A stretch of DNA of 63,450 bases, filler included, from Octopus bimaculoides (GCF_001194135.2; 6 parts of 6 records of this genome joined end to end with filler, not necessarily neighbours in it); one strand, 5' to 3'; counted from the first letter of the whole stretch, positions 12,978 to 25,646 are shown. Numbers and translations: made by a program. The notes: generated from the sequence alone by a model not told the origin.

Positions 12978-14120
12978 TTTTTCTTTTCCTTTTTGCTGCA
13001 TCAATTGTGTTTCTTCTGTTTATTAAATCTGCAACTTGCACAGCTGCAGCGCATATGGGAGTGTGGAATGATCTGGATATCGAAGAATATTAGATATTGA
13101 TTCCTGTTAGTTCTTTTGAATCAATATCTTGTATATTCTTAGTCTTCGTACATTTTAGTGTAGACTTTTACTCAAGCCATTCTAACACGTGTCGCTCATT
13201 GATTGATATCGGAAGATATCATATAAGAAAGAACAGAAAGTAATATAGTTTTTTATATTCCTACAGATTCGAGTTTTTTTTTTCTCAATTTTTTTTTGTT
13301 CTTATTTTTATTTTATTCATTCTTAGTCTTTTTAATTTATTATTCTGTGTAATAAAAATCAAAGTTGTTCACATTTGATTGAAGCACTAATAAGTTTTTT
13401 TTTTTATTCATTTTATTTTCGTTTCACCTTTCATTTTATGTTCATTCTAAAGCCAACTTTCAGTTATTCTCATCTTGATTAGCTCTTAAAAGTCTTCTTA
13501 AAGTATAACCCCAGGTGAAACGGCAGACATCAGATAGTGGTTGGTTGTAAATAAATATTGTAATATATAATCGATGAGGGCGAGAAGCAACAGACATGAT
13601 ACGAAACAGCTTATGTTATATCGATAGAGATGTACAATAAAAAACATTGAAAATTGCTAACAGTTTTTTTTTCTTTCCTTTTTAACAAATTCATAGTACC
13701 ACTGATGTTCGATATCTTTCTCAGCACAACCTGGTATCTATTATATTGATAGAGTTCAGTGGTGATATAGACATATATTGATATGTTGATAAATTCCCTA
13801 TAGGGAATATTTTACGCCATACATCAAGCTGCTAGAAATAGCTGCTCCATCTCTCTGAAATCATACCCCATAACAAAGGTTTTCAGTAGGTGTGACGTAA
13901 GCACAGAAGGGTATGTTTCACAGTGGTTAGGGTGTGGGTTAGTTTTGTTTTAAATAAACATATTTGACAAAAATGTTAAAGTTCGTATTCCAAACACGAA
14001 AAGAGATGCAGAGTGAGAAAACCTCTTCAAACTTAAACCATTTAATACTCGTGTTGAAATAGAACAAGGATGTAGGGTACATTAATCATAAAGGAACAAA
14101 CTTACGAAGCCATAGAAATA

Positions 14121-14525
14121 GGCGCAGGAGTGGCTGTGTGGTAAGTAGCTTGCTTACCAACCACATGGTTCCGGGTTCAGTCACACTGCGTAGCACCTTG
14201 GGCAAGTGTCTTCTACTATAGCCTCGGACCGACCAAAGCCATGTGAGTGGATTTGGTAGACGGAAACTGAAAGAAGCCCGTCGTATATATGTATATATAT
14301 ATGTATGTATGTGTGTTTGTGTGTCTGTGTTTGTCCCCCCACTATCACTGGACAACCTATGCTGGTGTGTTTACGTCCCCGTAATCTAGCGGTTCGGCAA
14401 AAAGAAACCGATACAATAAGTACTAGGCTTATAAAGAATAAGTCCTGGGGTCGATTTTCTCAACTAAAGGCGGTGCTCCAGCATGGCCGCAGTCAAATGA
14501 CTGAAACCAGTAAAAGAGTAAAAGC
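14121..14525 (+). mobile_element. SINE family A, full length (tRNA head, CORE-like domain, internal microsatellite, tail)
   Basis: Head ggcgcaggagtggctgtgtgg...gggttcagtc, then gcaccttgggcaagtgtcttctactatagcc (CORE-like, from recall), internal (TA)/(TG) run, and tail ...ggtgctccagcatggccgcagtcaaatgactgaaac. Near-identical to 30293-30730. Confidence 0.9.
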
Positions 14526-14577
14526 GTATTGTGTATTGTCTTATAAGATAAAACATTCAATCTCTAGTCAGCCTTTA

Positions 14578-14665
14578 TCGGAATTTGAACTCAGAACGTA
14601 AAGACGGACGAAATGCCGCTAAGCATTTTGTCCGGCGTACTAACGATTCTCTCAGCTCACTGCTT
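14578..14665 (-). mobile_element. SINE family B, head fragment
   Basis: ggaatttgaactcagaacgtaaagacggacgaaatgccgctaagcattttgtccggcgtactaacgattct is the reverse complement of the family B head. Confidence 0.8.
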
Positions 14666-16485
14666 TATGAAAATGTAAAATTATTGATATGAAGGAAATT
14701 ACATAAACCCATTTCTAAAAAAAATTGGAAATGGCTTGGTGAAGTGAATAATAATGGACGAACGAGAATGACAGGGTTTCGAATCCTGTCTCTAGCACCT
14801 TACGGAGGTACCAAGCGTTTAAACGAAGGTATCTCCTTCTGCGACTGTTTTTGTTTCAAATATCACTCCAACATCTAATTAAAGATGTAATGTCAGAACG
14901 GAAGAATAAACTATTGGCAATGCAGTATTAAATAAAGTATACCTGATCTGCTAAACAGAGCAGCCAAAAATTCCTTCAAAACCCTCTCTAGCGTTTTTCA
15001 CCCTAAGAATTGATAAATATATAATCATCCGCGAACCAATGTATCCCCTACCATGTCTGAAGATTTTTGAGGTGCTGTTCGGTCACTGATTCGTTAACAC
15101 TACGACACTTACTTGACACTGATTGTGAGCCCTGTCAATCTCAATGCTTAGTTTTGCCAGCAGTGTGTAGTAGAGGGGCGTAAATTAAAGTTTTTTTGCT
15201 GAAGAAATTATACGAATCCGGGGCAGGTAACTGTACCTACGACGCTTTGATGGGGACCCCAGCTGCCCAAGCACAGGGTCACGTGTGCCTACAAGCACAC
15301 GGACACGCAAATAGGCAAACACGTGTGTGTAACAAGGAAATTTGAACTCACTGTCTTGGAACATTTATGCAGGTATTTACGCAACTATTTTTACATACAT
15401 ATTAACCATGCATACATATATATTTCTATACATCACACACACACACACATATATATATAATAACAATAATAATATTAATAATATTAGGGAAAAAATCCAA
15501 AATTTCAGGTAAAATCTCAATTAAAATCAATTTATTAAAAATTTATTAAGTTTCACAGTATAAAATATATATAAATATATAGTTTTAGGGAAACTATATG
15601 TGACAGTGGATTTTCATCGATGAGTTCATGAACCTTGGTTCTTTTCCCTAAAACTATATATTTATATATATATCACATATATGTGTGTGCGCACGCGTTT
15701 TGTATCATTTCCAGAATACTGACATGTTAATTCAATAACTTTTTAATTAGCTCTATCTGATGAAGAAGATGTAGTATTCTGTATATTTTGTATCAAATTA
15801 AATATGTATACGTAATATACGCGCGCACACACATATATATACTCACACACACCTCTATGTATGTATGTATATGAAGATATATACCCTCCCACACACAATA
15901 GTTTATCTACATAAATGTGTAAGAAGATACATTCTTCGGCATACACATATGTATTTACATATGTGACTATGTGTTCCTTATATGGCGCACACAGTTTAAT
16001 GTTGTACGTGCTTCACGTTGCCTCTTTATATCTTTACAGCTATTTCCATCTTCCACATTTAGCATTTAGCATTTGAATCGCTCTAATGTCATCTCAGCGA
16101 TGCTATAAGATATAATTTAAAGAAGGTCGAAGAAATCGCAATTTTCTGCCACGAAGACTTTTTACACTGGATGCTGTACAAGAGAATCCATTTAAATAAT
16201 AATCTCAGCTCGTTATTGAAATCTTTTCTTGGAAATGGAGGTTCTGGCACCCTAATAGACCTTCAATCGAATGTCCGTATGGACAACAACACTTTTACAA
16301 CTTCATATAATTGTTAGGTTCACGCCAAAAATGCAGGATTGCTTTCATTTTCTTTTTCTCTTTCATCATGATAGTCGCCGCTGTCGTCATAGTTGTCGCC
16401 GTGGTCATCATCATCATCATCATCATTTTCTTCCTCATCATCATCGTCATCAACGTCACTGCATTGCTATAATTCTTCTCCTTTC

Positions 16486-16832
16486 TCTTCTTCTTCTTCT
16501 TCTTCTTCTTCTTCTTCTTCTTCTTCTTCTTCTTCTTGTTCTTCTTTTTCTTCTTCTTCTTCTTCTTCTTCTTCTTCTTCTTCTTCTNNNNNNNNNNNNN
16601 NNNNNNNNNNNNNNNNNNNNNNNNNNNNNNNNNNNNNNNNNNNNNNNNNNNNNNNNNNNNNNNNNNNNNNNNNNNNNNNNNNNNNNNNNNNNNNNNNNNN
16701 NNNNNNNNNNNNNNNNNNNNNNNNNNNNNNNNNNNNNNNNNNNNNNNNNNNNNNNNNNNNNNNNNNNNNNNNNNNNNNNNNNNNNTCTTCTTCTTCTTCT
16801 TCTTCTTCTTCTTCTTCTTCTTCTTCTTCTTC
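16486..16832. repeat. (CTT)n microsatellite spanning an N gap
   Basis: Directly visible; source of the poly-L/S/K/F ORFs. Confidence 0.95.
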
Positions 16833-17559
16833 TTTGTTCCTGTCTGTATATAAATGGGCCTCACAGAAGCTTAGTAAAGAATCACAAAGTATCGTTAGTG
16901 AGATTCTGACTGGAATGAAGAAACATAATCACATTTCTATTTCGAAACCAGACGAAAGCCGAAGCATCTCTAAATACGGAAAATATTATTTAACGTCTTT
17001 TTTTATTTCTTTCCTTCTACCTTGTACAATCCTTTATTCGCTTAACAGTTCGAATTTGACACACCAATCTCTATGCAATCTTTTACATTTTCTTAGTCAT
17101 TTTCCCATTACTATTCCCCAGTATACAATGAAGGTTGTTCTTAGATTATGAGGTCATAATAACAATGAAACCTATTCAAAATTGTTTCCCTTACATGCCA
17201 ACATAATTTAAATAATATTCTGTTCTACTTTAGGTACAAGGCCCGTAATTTGGTGGGAGGGAACCCAGTCGATTAGATCTATCCCAGTATGCAACAGGTA
17301 CTTAATTTAGCTTCTTTATTAAATGCGAGCGTTTTAGCTCCGCAACAATATTTCTTAATTACTACATAAATCTCTTATTTGCTTATTTCTGTTGCTGAAA
17401 ACTTTGTAAATAATCAAACATACTTTTTACATTAAGAAAACAGCTTGTTTTCTCAATCTTCACTTTGGTGTAATATAACAACATCCCATTCCATGAATCC
17501 AAATTATAGCTTATAAATATTCTCCGGGTACGTTGATGTCATCTTTAAAGCATTAGCTT

Positions 17560-17600
17560 CGGTTGTCAAGCGATGTTGGGGGACAAACACAGACGCACAA

Positions 17601-17665
<65 letters not shown>

Positions 17666-17845
17666 TATATATACATATATACGATGGGCTCCTTTCAGCT
17701 TCCGTCTACCAAATCCGCTCACAAGACTTTGGTCGGCCTGAGGTTATAGTAGAAGACACTTGCCCAAGGTGCGCAGTAGTGGGACTGAACCATGAACCAT
17801 GTGGTTCATAAGCAAGCTACTTACCACACAGCTACTCTTACGCCT
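17560..17845 (-). mobile_element. SINE family A, 5' two-thirds
   Basis: Reverse complement of the family A head, CORE-like segment and internal (CA)n. Confidence 0.85.
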
Positions 17846-18006
17846 ATATTGTTCAATCCAATGAGGGTTGCATGAAACGATCGTACTGCATTACCTCTTA
17901 ATATCCTTGTTGCTTATTTTGATTTTAATCACCTTACTGTGAAATTATATGAATAATACCGCACTAAACTCTGGTTCCTAAACTTAAGTACCATATTCAC
18001 CTGAAT

Positions 18007-18047
<41 letters not shown>

Positions 18048-18532
18048 TGTGTGTGTGTTTGTATGTATGTATATAATATTCTTTCTCGTGGATGTTTCCT
18101 TTCTCCTCTTGCTTGGGGTGCTGCATCACCCCTCTCATTTTATCCGTTTTAAACTAAGTCTCAACCTAATTCATTTGCTGTGTAAGTCCTTTGAATTTTG
18201 TTGTTTTTATTTCTATTTTCGATTTGTTTATATGCATGCCTTATGTATCCAGACAACTTATAGTCGTTGTGGGGCTAAGTAGTAACAATATAAAAGCAGC
18301 AATGACAATGGCAAAGATATGATGCAACATTTAGATCACGATTGGATGAGATCCATAAATGCTATCGATTGAAATTTACTGACCTGGATCACCGGTGGAC
18401 ATTTAAAGTTTGGTGTGTTGGTACACTTTGATGTTTAAAAGTTTCTGGTATGTTTGCTGATGTTTAACTTTTTAAGAAACTTTGGTACTCCTTGATTTGT
18501 CAGATACATAGAACTACGAGAAATCCACTCAC

Positions 18533-18622
18533 CTCTGTTGACGATATAAATGACGTCTTTTCGTACTTTTTCTTTGGAAGAAGCCATAGTAAGTGCAAAG
18601 GAAGTCAGTGCTATTGTAGGAG
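18533..18622 (-). CDS. Candidate 90-nt exon (unknown gene)
   Basis: Minus strand tgatgtttcag|...caacagag|gtgagt with a consensus donor. Two open frames: PTIALTSFALTMASSKEKVRKDVIYIVNR (phase 1-1) or SYNSTDFLCTYYGFFQRKSTKRRHLYRQQ (phase 2-2). Confidence 0.35.
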
Positions 18623-19294
18623 CTGAAACATCAATTACGAACTGAAGCTGGTTTCTTGTGTTGTGCGTTTAATTACTTAAAATATTGAGATTGAAAGAGA
18701 GAGAGACAGATGGAGAAAAAGAGAGACAGATGGAGATAGAGAGAGACAGGGTGAGAGAAAGAGAGTTACAAATAATAAGAAACTGGTTCCCGATCTCGGA
18801 AAGAAACCTGACAAATTCTAGTTGAATTGTTGTTCTCCGAGCAGCGACTCTTGAGAACAGACAATAGTAATGTGTTAATGCAGTGTGGAGCAGCAAGATA
18901 TGAGATGAATGTTAAGAGATTTTGACAATTATAATGAAGGAGAAATAGTAGATTTAACGATATCCTTGAGGAGATAAATGGGAGAAATTAAGAGATATGT
19001 TGTTATTAGAACCAATAAATAACAACATAACAAATAAACACAGAAATGAAAATGAAACACATTATTATATTGTAGCATGTGTAAACATCGACAGAATACA
19101 GAAAACAGCTTATTTTCGCTTTAATATGATGGCATGGTATTACCTTTAATTCATCAATTTTAATACGAGTAGGTTTGACTAAAGTTCAGGAACGTTGAAG
19201 CTTCATCTTATATACAAAGATATATACATAAATACATATACATATACATACAAATATATATATTCACAGACACACATATGTGTGTGTATATATA

Positions 19295-19368
<74 letters not shown>

Positions 19369-19968
19369 CGTGTATGTATGTATATAAATATATATCCATC
19401 CTTCTCTAATTCCCTTTTTCTCCTCCTCCCTCCATCACCGTTTTCTATGTGTCTCTCTCCTCTTTCTCTTTTTCTCTCTTTCTATCTCTCGTTCTTTGCT
19501 CACGCGTGACCCTCATCCATCTTTCTTTTCCTTCTTTTCTTACACGGATGTTTAAACAAGAGGACGTGTTTTCTGTCTTCTATCTTTTTTTTCTTTTGAA
19601 AAAAAAAAAAACCTTTCTTCCAGCGTTCACTATTTTTCTCATCTTCTGGTCTAAGGATCATCCATGTTTGTTTTCGTTCGGTTCCTTGAATGCCTCCACT
19701 ATCATTTTTTTGTTCCCAACTTTGACACTCCATAAATCCTAAATTTTATTTTAGAATTTATGGGAACGACGGTCTTTGAAGATTAATGTTATCTTTGAAT
19801 GCTCGAAATGAAGAGTAGAAAGACAGCCGACAAGTGATGAAGTGTTCTTTCTCCGTGTTTTCCATTTTGTTTTCGTTATTTACGTATTTCATGTTATTTG
19901 CACAGATAGTGACGTCGTGTAAACATATATGCATGTATATATATTATATATTATTTAATATACACACA

Positions 19969-20007
<39 letters not shown>

Positions 20008-20192
20008 ATTTATATATATATATATGTATGTATACTTACTTGGAAGGAAAATAATAAAATGGAGAAATTGACATATAGACATCACTCTGTATGACCGAAG
20101 AGGATGAGTATTACTCCGAAACATTGGCATCTCACAATATAGGTGGTGGCACTACGAACTGATCTACATGGATCTACAACATTTTTCTACAG

Positions 20193-20480
20193 CAGTGCTC
20201 CTTAAACTTTTTTCATTCTTGACCCCATTTTTCATCAGGAGATTTTTTGCGACCTTAGGTTTTAAATATAAAATAAAACATACAAATAAATACATAAATC
20301 ATTTAGTTTTTGGCTGAACAACATACATAAATAAAAGTAGTTATATTATTTGTGAAAATAAAAGTAATTTTAGGATTTGTACGCTTGTGAAATCCCATAT
20401 AGTTTGAAATTTAAGAGCTTGAATTTAAATTTTCGCGACCCCAGCATTACGTTTCGTAATCCATATTTTAAGAAGCGCTG
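20193..20480. mobile_element. hAT (Charlie-like) MITE with 8-bp TSD
   Basis: TIRs CAGTGCTCCTTAAA and TTTAAGAAGCGCTG; flanking repeats TTCTACAG (20185-20192) and GTCTACAG (20481-20488). Confidence 0.85.
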
Positions 20481-20612
20481 GTCTACAGCGAAAAATTTTC
20501 TCCATGACAAAACACAGTGAATTGCTTGTTCCCCAGTTCGAACGTGCGTCAAACACATTTGAACTGGTAATAACATTGCATCTATACATATCATTACTTA
20601 GCGCTCTCACTC

Positions 20613-20653
20613 CGTAACTGAAGAAGTTGTATAGTTTAGAAACATGTCTTATG
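20613..20653 (+). ncRNA. Minimal type-I hammerhead-like motif
   Basis: cgtaa-CTGAAGA-agttgtatagttta-GAAAC-AT-GTC-ttatg: perfect core, 5-bp stem I (one G-U), palindromic ACATGT stem III, weak stem II. Confidence 0.5.
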
Positions 20654-20915
20654 CAAACCTTATAAATATCACCAATTATGAAAGGATTTATTAAATCTAC
20701 AATTCACATTTCTATGATCCACTTGTTTGACATTCAGAGACACTGTAAGCATTTTATAAAAACAGAATCGTAAATATGAAACGTAAAAGTAAGTCTTTGT
20801 AAAGGGTTTTAATCATTTATCAAATCAGATAGGTGGCAAGCAGGATTTTAATTCCTTCATAACCTGTCCTGAAGAATTCACACACACACAAACCACACGC
20901 ACACGCACGCACACG

Positions 20916-20968
<53 letters not shown>

Positions 20969-22375
20969 NNNNNNNNNNNNNNNNNNNNNNNNNNNNNNNN
21001 NNNNNNNNNNNNNNNNNNNNNNNNNNNNNNNNNNNNNNNNNNNNNNNNNNNNNNNNNNNNNNNNNNNNNNNNNNNNNNNNNNNNNNNNNNNNNNNNNNNN
21101 NNNNNNNNNNNNNNNNNNNNNNNNNNNNNNNNNNNNNNNNNNNNNNNNNNNNNNNNNNNNNNNNNNNNNNNNNNNNNNNNNNNNNNNNNNNNNNNNNNNN
21201 NNNNNNNNNNNNNNNNNNNNNNNNNNNNNNNNNNNNNNNNNNNNNNNNNNNNNNNNNNNNNNNNNNNNNNNNNNNNNNNNNNNNNNNNNNNNNNNNNNNN
21301 NNNNNNNNNNNNNNNNNNNNNNNNNNNNNNNNNNNNNNNNNNNNNNNNNNNNNNNNNNNNNTATATATATATATATTACATTTATAAACATACGTATAAA
21401 TACATCGTTTACTTAAATTCTATATATGCATGTATGTCTGTATATATATACTCACACAACTGATAAATATACATTAAAATATACATTTGTTTAGAGCTAT
21501 TATTAAAATATTATAATACTTTTATTTGATTCTCAGTAAAATCGGTTAAATTTCAAGCTCTTTACTCATCTCACAGCAATGGAATTCGAGGAATATGGTA
21601 ACCTTTGGACAGTGATTACTTAGAATTTATTCCCTTTGGTTTTCCATATTCAACATTGGCGAAATGAAACTCAATAACATGTAGCGTAGATTCCAGCTTT
21701 GTTTCTAGAAACTTCTCCTCCAGCAAATTCAAAACTCTGTCCAACATTCCTGGTCGCTTGTTTATCTGCTTCTATATTGATCCAACGAGGATCATGTAGA
21801 TTAAGGAAGGATTAGTTCAGTGCAATAACGATTTCCGAAAAACAACAACAACAAGAATAACAGGCAGCGATATAACAACAACAGCAACAACAACATCAAC
21901 AAAAATTACGACGAGGACAACAACAATAAAAGCAGGGAAGAGCAATCAAACAAATGACAGCAAAAACAACAAATACAATAACGATTTCTCACAGAACGAA
22001 TACAACGTAGTTCTGACGTTAAAATCTGCTTTTGGCAAGATGATTCGGGTTTATATTCTCAGGAGATCGATAAAATAGGGATTAGGGGTGTAGCAGAGCA
22101 CGACGGTCAATATTTTTGTAAAGATAAAGGAGCCAGGTCAAATCTGTTTAAGTCGGAATGGAAGTCAATGAAAGGTGTATGGCATTAGGATGGGTTTGGT
22201 GATAAAATTCCCGGGGTTAATTCGCCCACACATCCGCCAGCCCTTCCAATTTATTTCACCAGCTCCACCAGTCTTAACTGATACGAAGGAAGCAAAATCT
22301 CCGCTTTGTTTCTTTTGGAATAATGGAATAGATGGTACCCTTGAGGCATAAATCAACGTCATTAATTGAAGACTA

Positions 22376-22680
22376 CAGGCACTGTGTAGCTGAATGGTGA
22401 AGATGTTCGTTCGTAATCATGATATTCCGGTTTCGATTCTTCTGCATGACTTTTCATACGAATGTCATTTTCTCTGTCTTCGAGTCACTTCATAATTTGT
22501 GTGTACAATTGAGTAAATGGAAACTGTAGAGAAGCCTGTTGATTATATTGTACCTGTTCTTTGTGGCATACTGTCGTATTGAGACTGCTTGAGGGTTAGA
22601 TAAAAGGTAGACGTATATGCGGAATACTCAACCAAATATGAGATCTGATCATAAGTATCGGGACTGTTGCTATGTTAAAG
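22376..22680 (+). mobile_element. Old tRNA-derived SINE, strongly degenerate
   Basis: A-box-like gtagctgaatgg and B-box-like ggtttcgattc, followed by remnants of the family A body (gagtaaatggaaactgtagagaagcc). Confidence 0.45.
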
Positions 22681-22820
22681 GAGGTAAAGTACGTAGAATG
22701 AAGTCACGTGGCACGGATTGCCCTTGAATTCTGAATATTAATTTGATTAATATCACTTTAAAAGCAGTCGCCTAACAAATTGAAAAATCTGAAGATTCAG
22801 AGAAAATTATGTTATATACA

Positions 22821-22959
22821 TATAAGAGGGATGACCATTAAGTGGACATCCCTTTTGCTAGAAGAAGACCAGCTACGGTCTGACCACTAAGAAGAGTGGT
22901 CAAACCGTAGCTGGTTTTCTAGCAAAAGGGATGTTCACTTAGTGGTCATCCCTCCTATA
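22821..22959. mobile_element. Palindromic (hairpin) MITE-like element flanked by TA
   Basis: About 66-bp inverted arms with 4 substitutions and one 3-nt length difference around a 6-nt loop (22889-22894); TATA at both ends. Confidence 0.8.
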
Positions 22960-22961
22960 AG

Positions 22962-23004
<43 letters not shown>

Positions 23005-23440
23005 CACACACATATATATACACATATGAAAAATAGAGTTTTTATCTTTCGCTTATCCTCACTGTCTCACTTGGTATGTTTGTGTTTATTTATGAGTGTG
23101 TTATTGTGTACGTGTGAGTGTGTGTGTGTGTACGTGTGTGTGTGTATGTAAGTATGCTGGAGAGCGGGAGTGTGTTTGAAAACCGGAACCAAATTCTCTA
23201 AAACGTCTCTATCACATTTCGCCCATTGTCATTTCAGACACGTGATGTTGTCACTAATCAATATGGCGGACAGAAAAGTAGAAGAGTTGATACCTTGTTG
23301 ATACTGACAGGTTTCACCAGCTTGTTTCCGGGTCTCACAAATAAATTATTCATATTCAATCCCTGGAACTGAGATATTTTCTTCCGCTCCTTACAATTAT
23401 CGTTTGTGTATATGTATCTATCTATACATAAATGTGAACG

Positions 23441-23757
23441 GGCGTAGTTTAGTGGTTAGGACATTCGTCTCATGATCGAAAGGTCGTGAGTTCAATTCCC
23501 GGCGATGGGTTGAGTCAGTGAGCAAGACACTTTATTTCACGTTGCTCAAGTCCACTCAGCTGGCAAAAATAAGTAGTACCTGTATTTCAAAGGGCCGGCC
23601 TTGTCACACTTTGTGTCACGCTGAATCTCCCTGAGAACTACGTTAAGGGTACACGTGTCTGTGGAGTGCTCAGCCACTTGCACGTTATTTTTACGAGCAA
23701 GCTGTTCCGTTGATCGTATCAGAAGTGAACTTCGTCGTCGTAACCGACGAAGTGCTC
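23441..23757 (+). mobile_element. Chimeric tRNA SINE: V-like body with the family C tail
   Basis: A box tagtttagtgg and B box gagttcaattcc. The body tgagcaagacactttatttcacgttgctc...cactcagctg is shared with 46903-47239. The tail gccttgtcacact...gtcgtaaccgacgaagtgc is shared with 38968-39337. Confidence 0.85.
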
Positions 23758-23937
23758 CTTTAGATACATACACACTTTCAAACACACGCATGCATACGCA
23801 TACACAGCCATACATGCATATATATGCTCACATGTGTGTACACACATATATGAACGTAAGTATACATTTATAGATGCATACATGCGTTCTTTTATTCTTT
23901 TATTTGTTTCAGTCTGTCTCCCCTCTCTCTCTTTATA

Positions 23938-24222
23938 CAGGGTGATTAAAAAGGAACTTCCTATTTTAAAATACATATAAATTATTTATTAATAGAAAAT
24001 TTTACAAAAAAATGGATGAGAGGATAGTTCTTAGTACAAGGCTTGTTTTTACAAATTCAATGTGAGCACCAAATTTCGCCACCAGCTTCTTGTAGGTCGG
24101 AAGCCATAACTTCTCGTATGTGCCCTTCAAGTACTCCTAAAATCTTTGGTTTGGTACAGTAGAATTCTTCCTTTAACCAACCCAAAGAATGAAGTCACAG
24201 TGTGGTAAATCGGGAGTCCATA
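23938..24222 (-). mobile_element. Tc1/mariner-superfamily remnant: transposase C-terminus and one terminus
   Basis: Terminus TA|CAGGGTGATTAAAAAGG. Minus-strand frameshifted peptides PDLPHCDFILW / WLKEEFYCTKPKILGVLEGHIREV / KKLVAKFGAHIEF resemble the SPDLxPCDFFLWG...GAHIE C-terminus. Confidence 0.7.
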
Positions 24223-24300
24223 CACATGTATGTATGTATGTATGTATATATGTATGTATGTATGTATGAATGTATTATGTATGTATGTAAGTGTGCATAG

Positions 24301-24435
24301 GCGCAGGCGTGGCTGTGTGGTAGGAAGCTTGCTTACCAATCACATGGTTCGAGGTTCAGTCCTACTCCATGCCACCTTCGGGAGAACCAAAAGCTGTGTG
24401 TGTGGGTCTGATAGACTGCAACTGAAAGTAGCTCT

Positions 24436-24466
<31 letters not shown>

Positions 24467-24678
24467 CTGTGTGTGTGTGTGTGCATGTGTGTGTGTGTGT
24501 GTGTGTGTCTGTCTGTGCGTTTTTGTGTCTATGTTTCTCAGCCACTACCGGTTGACAACCGATGTTGGTGTGTTTAATTCCCTGTGAATTAGCAGTTTGA
24601 TAAGAATGCCGATTGAATAACTACTATGCTTAAAACAAAAGAAATCCCTGGGGTCAATTTTTCAAGGCGGTGCCCCAA
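24301..24678 (+). mobile_element. SINE family A, older copy with internal deletion
   Basis: Head ggcgcaggcgtggctgtgtgg...ggttcagtcc, internal (TG)n, and tail remnants ...ctggggtcaatt...aaggcggtgcccc. Confidence 0.8.
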
Positions 24679-25152
24679 GTTAAAAGAAGAAAAGAAAACA
24701 TAAAAGGTCTATAGAGGACGATCTTTTAAAGTAATCTTTGGGAATAATGGTTATTGAAGAGCACCTGTGCCGAACAATACCTTAAAAGCTATCTAATGAT
24801 TAGGAATTCTACAAAACTATTTCTATCAGTGGCTGACACCTGAAGTTATTTATTTACTGTTCAAGAGAACAAACAAACAAATACAAAAGAGAAAAATACA
24901 TAATACGTGCACGCACCTGTGCATGTGTGTGTGGATATAGGTGTGTGTGGATGTATGTGTGTGTGCTCCTTTTCACTGAATTCTCACACAGTTTTTCTCC
25001 ATCTCATTTTTCTCTATCTTTCATCCCATTTTTATATATGCGCCCCCCACACATGTATATATATTTATATATGTATACATATATGTAATTATATTTATGT
25101 GTATATATATATATATAAATATATATGTGTGTATACATATATACATGCATCA

Positions 25153-25184
<32 letters not shown>

Positions 25185-25331
25185 GTGTGTATGCATGTAC
25201 ATGTACATATATATGCATACATGTGTGTATTAATATACAAATATACATAGGCATTGGGGAACCTATCTGTCTATTCATTTATCTATTTATCCATCTATCC
25301 ATCTATTTGTTTATATTTGTATATGTGTGTA

Positions 25332-25378
<47 letters not shown>

Positions 25379-25379
25379 C

Positions 25380-25426
<47 letters not shown>

Positions 25427-25606
25427 NNNNNNNNNNNNNNNNNNNNNNNNNNNNNNNNNNNNNNNNNNNNTTAATTAATTAANNNNNNNNNNNNNNNNNN
25501 NNNNNNNNNNNNNNNNNNNNNNNNNNTGAGTAGTGAGTGAGTGGGTGAGTGAAAATTGATTGAGTAGTGATTGAGGAGTCAGTGAGTGAGGAGTGAATAG
25601 TGAGTG

Positions 25607-25646
<40 letters not shown>

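Noticed and set aside
16098-16317. 72-codon open frame after a ctcag acceptor (DAIRYNLKKVEEIAIFCHEDFLHWML...)
   Set aside because: No convincing donor and no homology that I can support; within chance expectation.
21577-21597. Possible 21-nt plus-strand microexon (ctcacag|CAATGGAATTCGAGGAATATG|gtaacc), and a similar 18-nt minus-strand one at 55030-55047
   Set aside because: Short AG...GT pairs are frequent by chance; no independent support.
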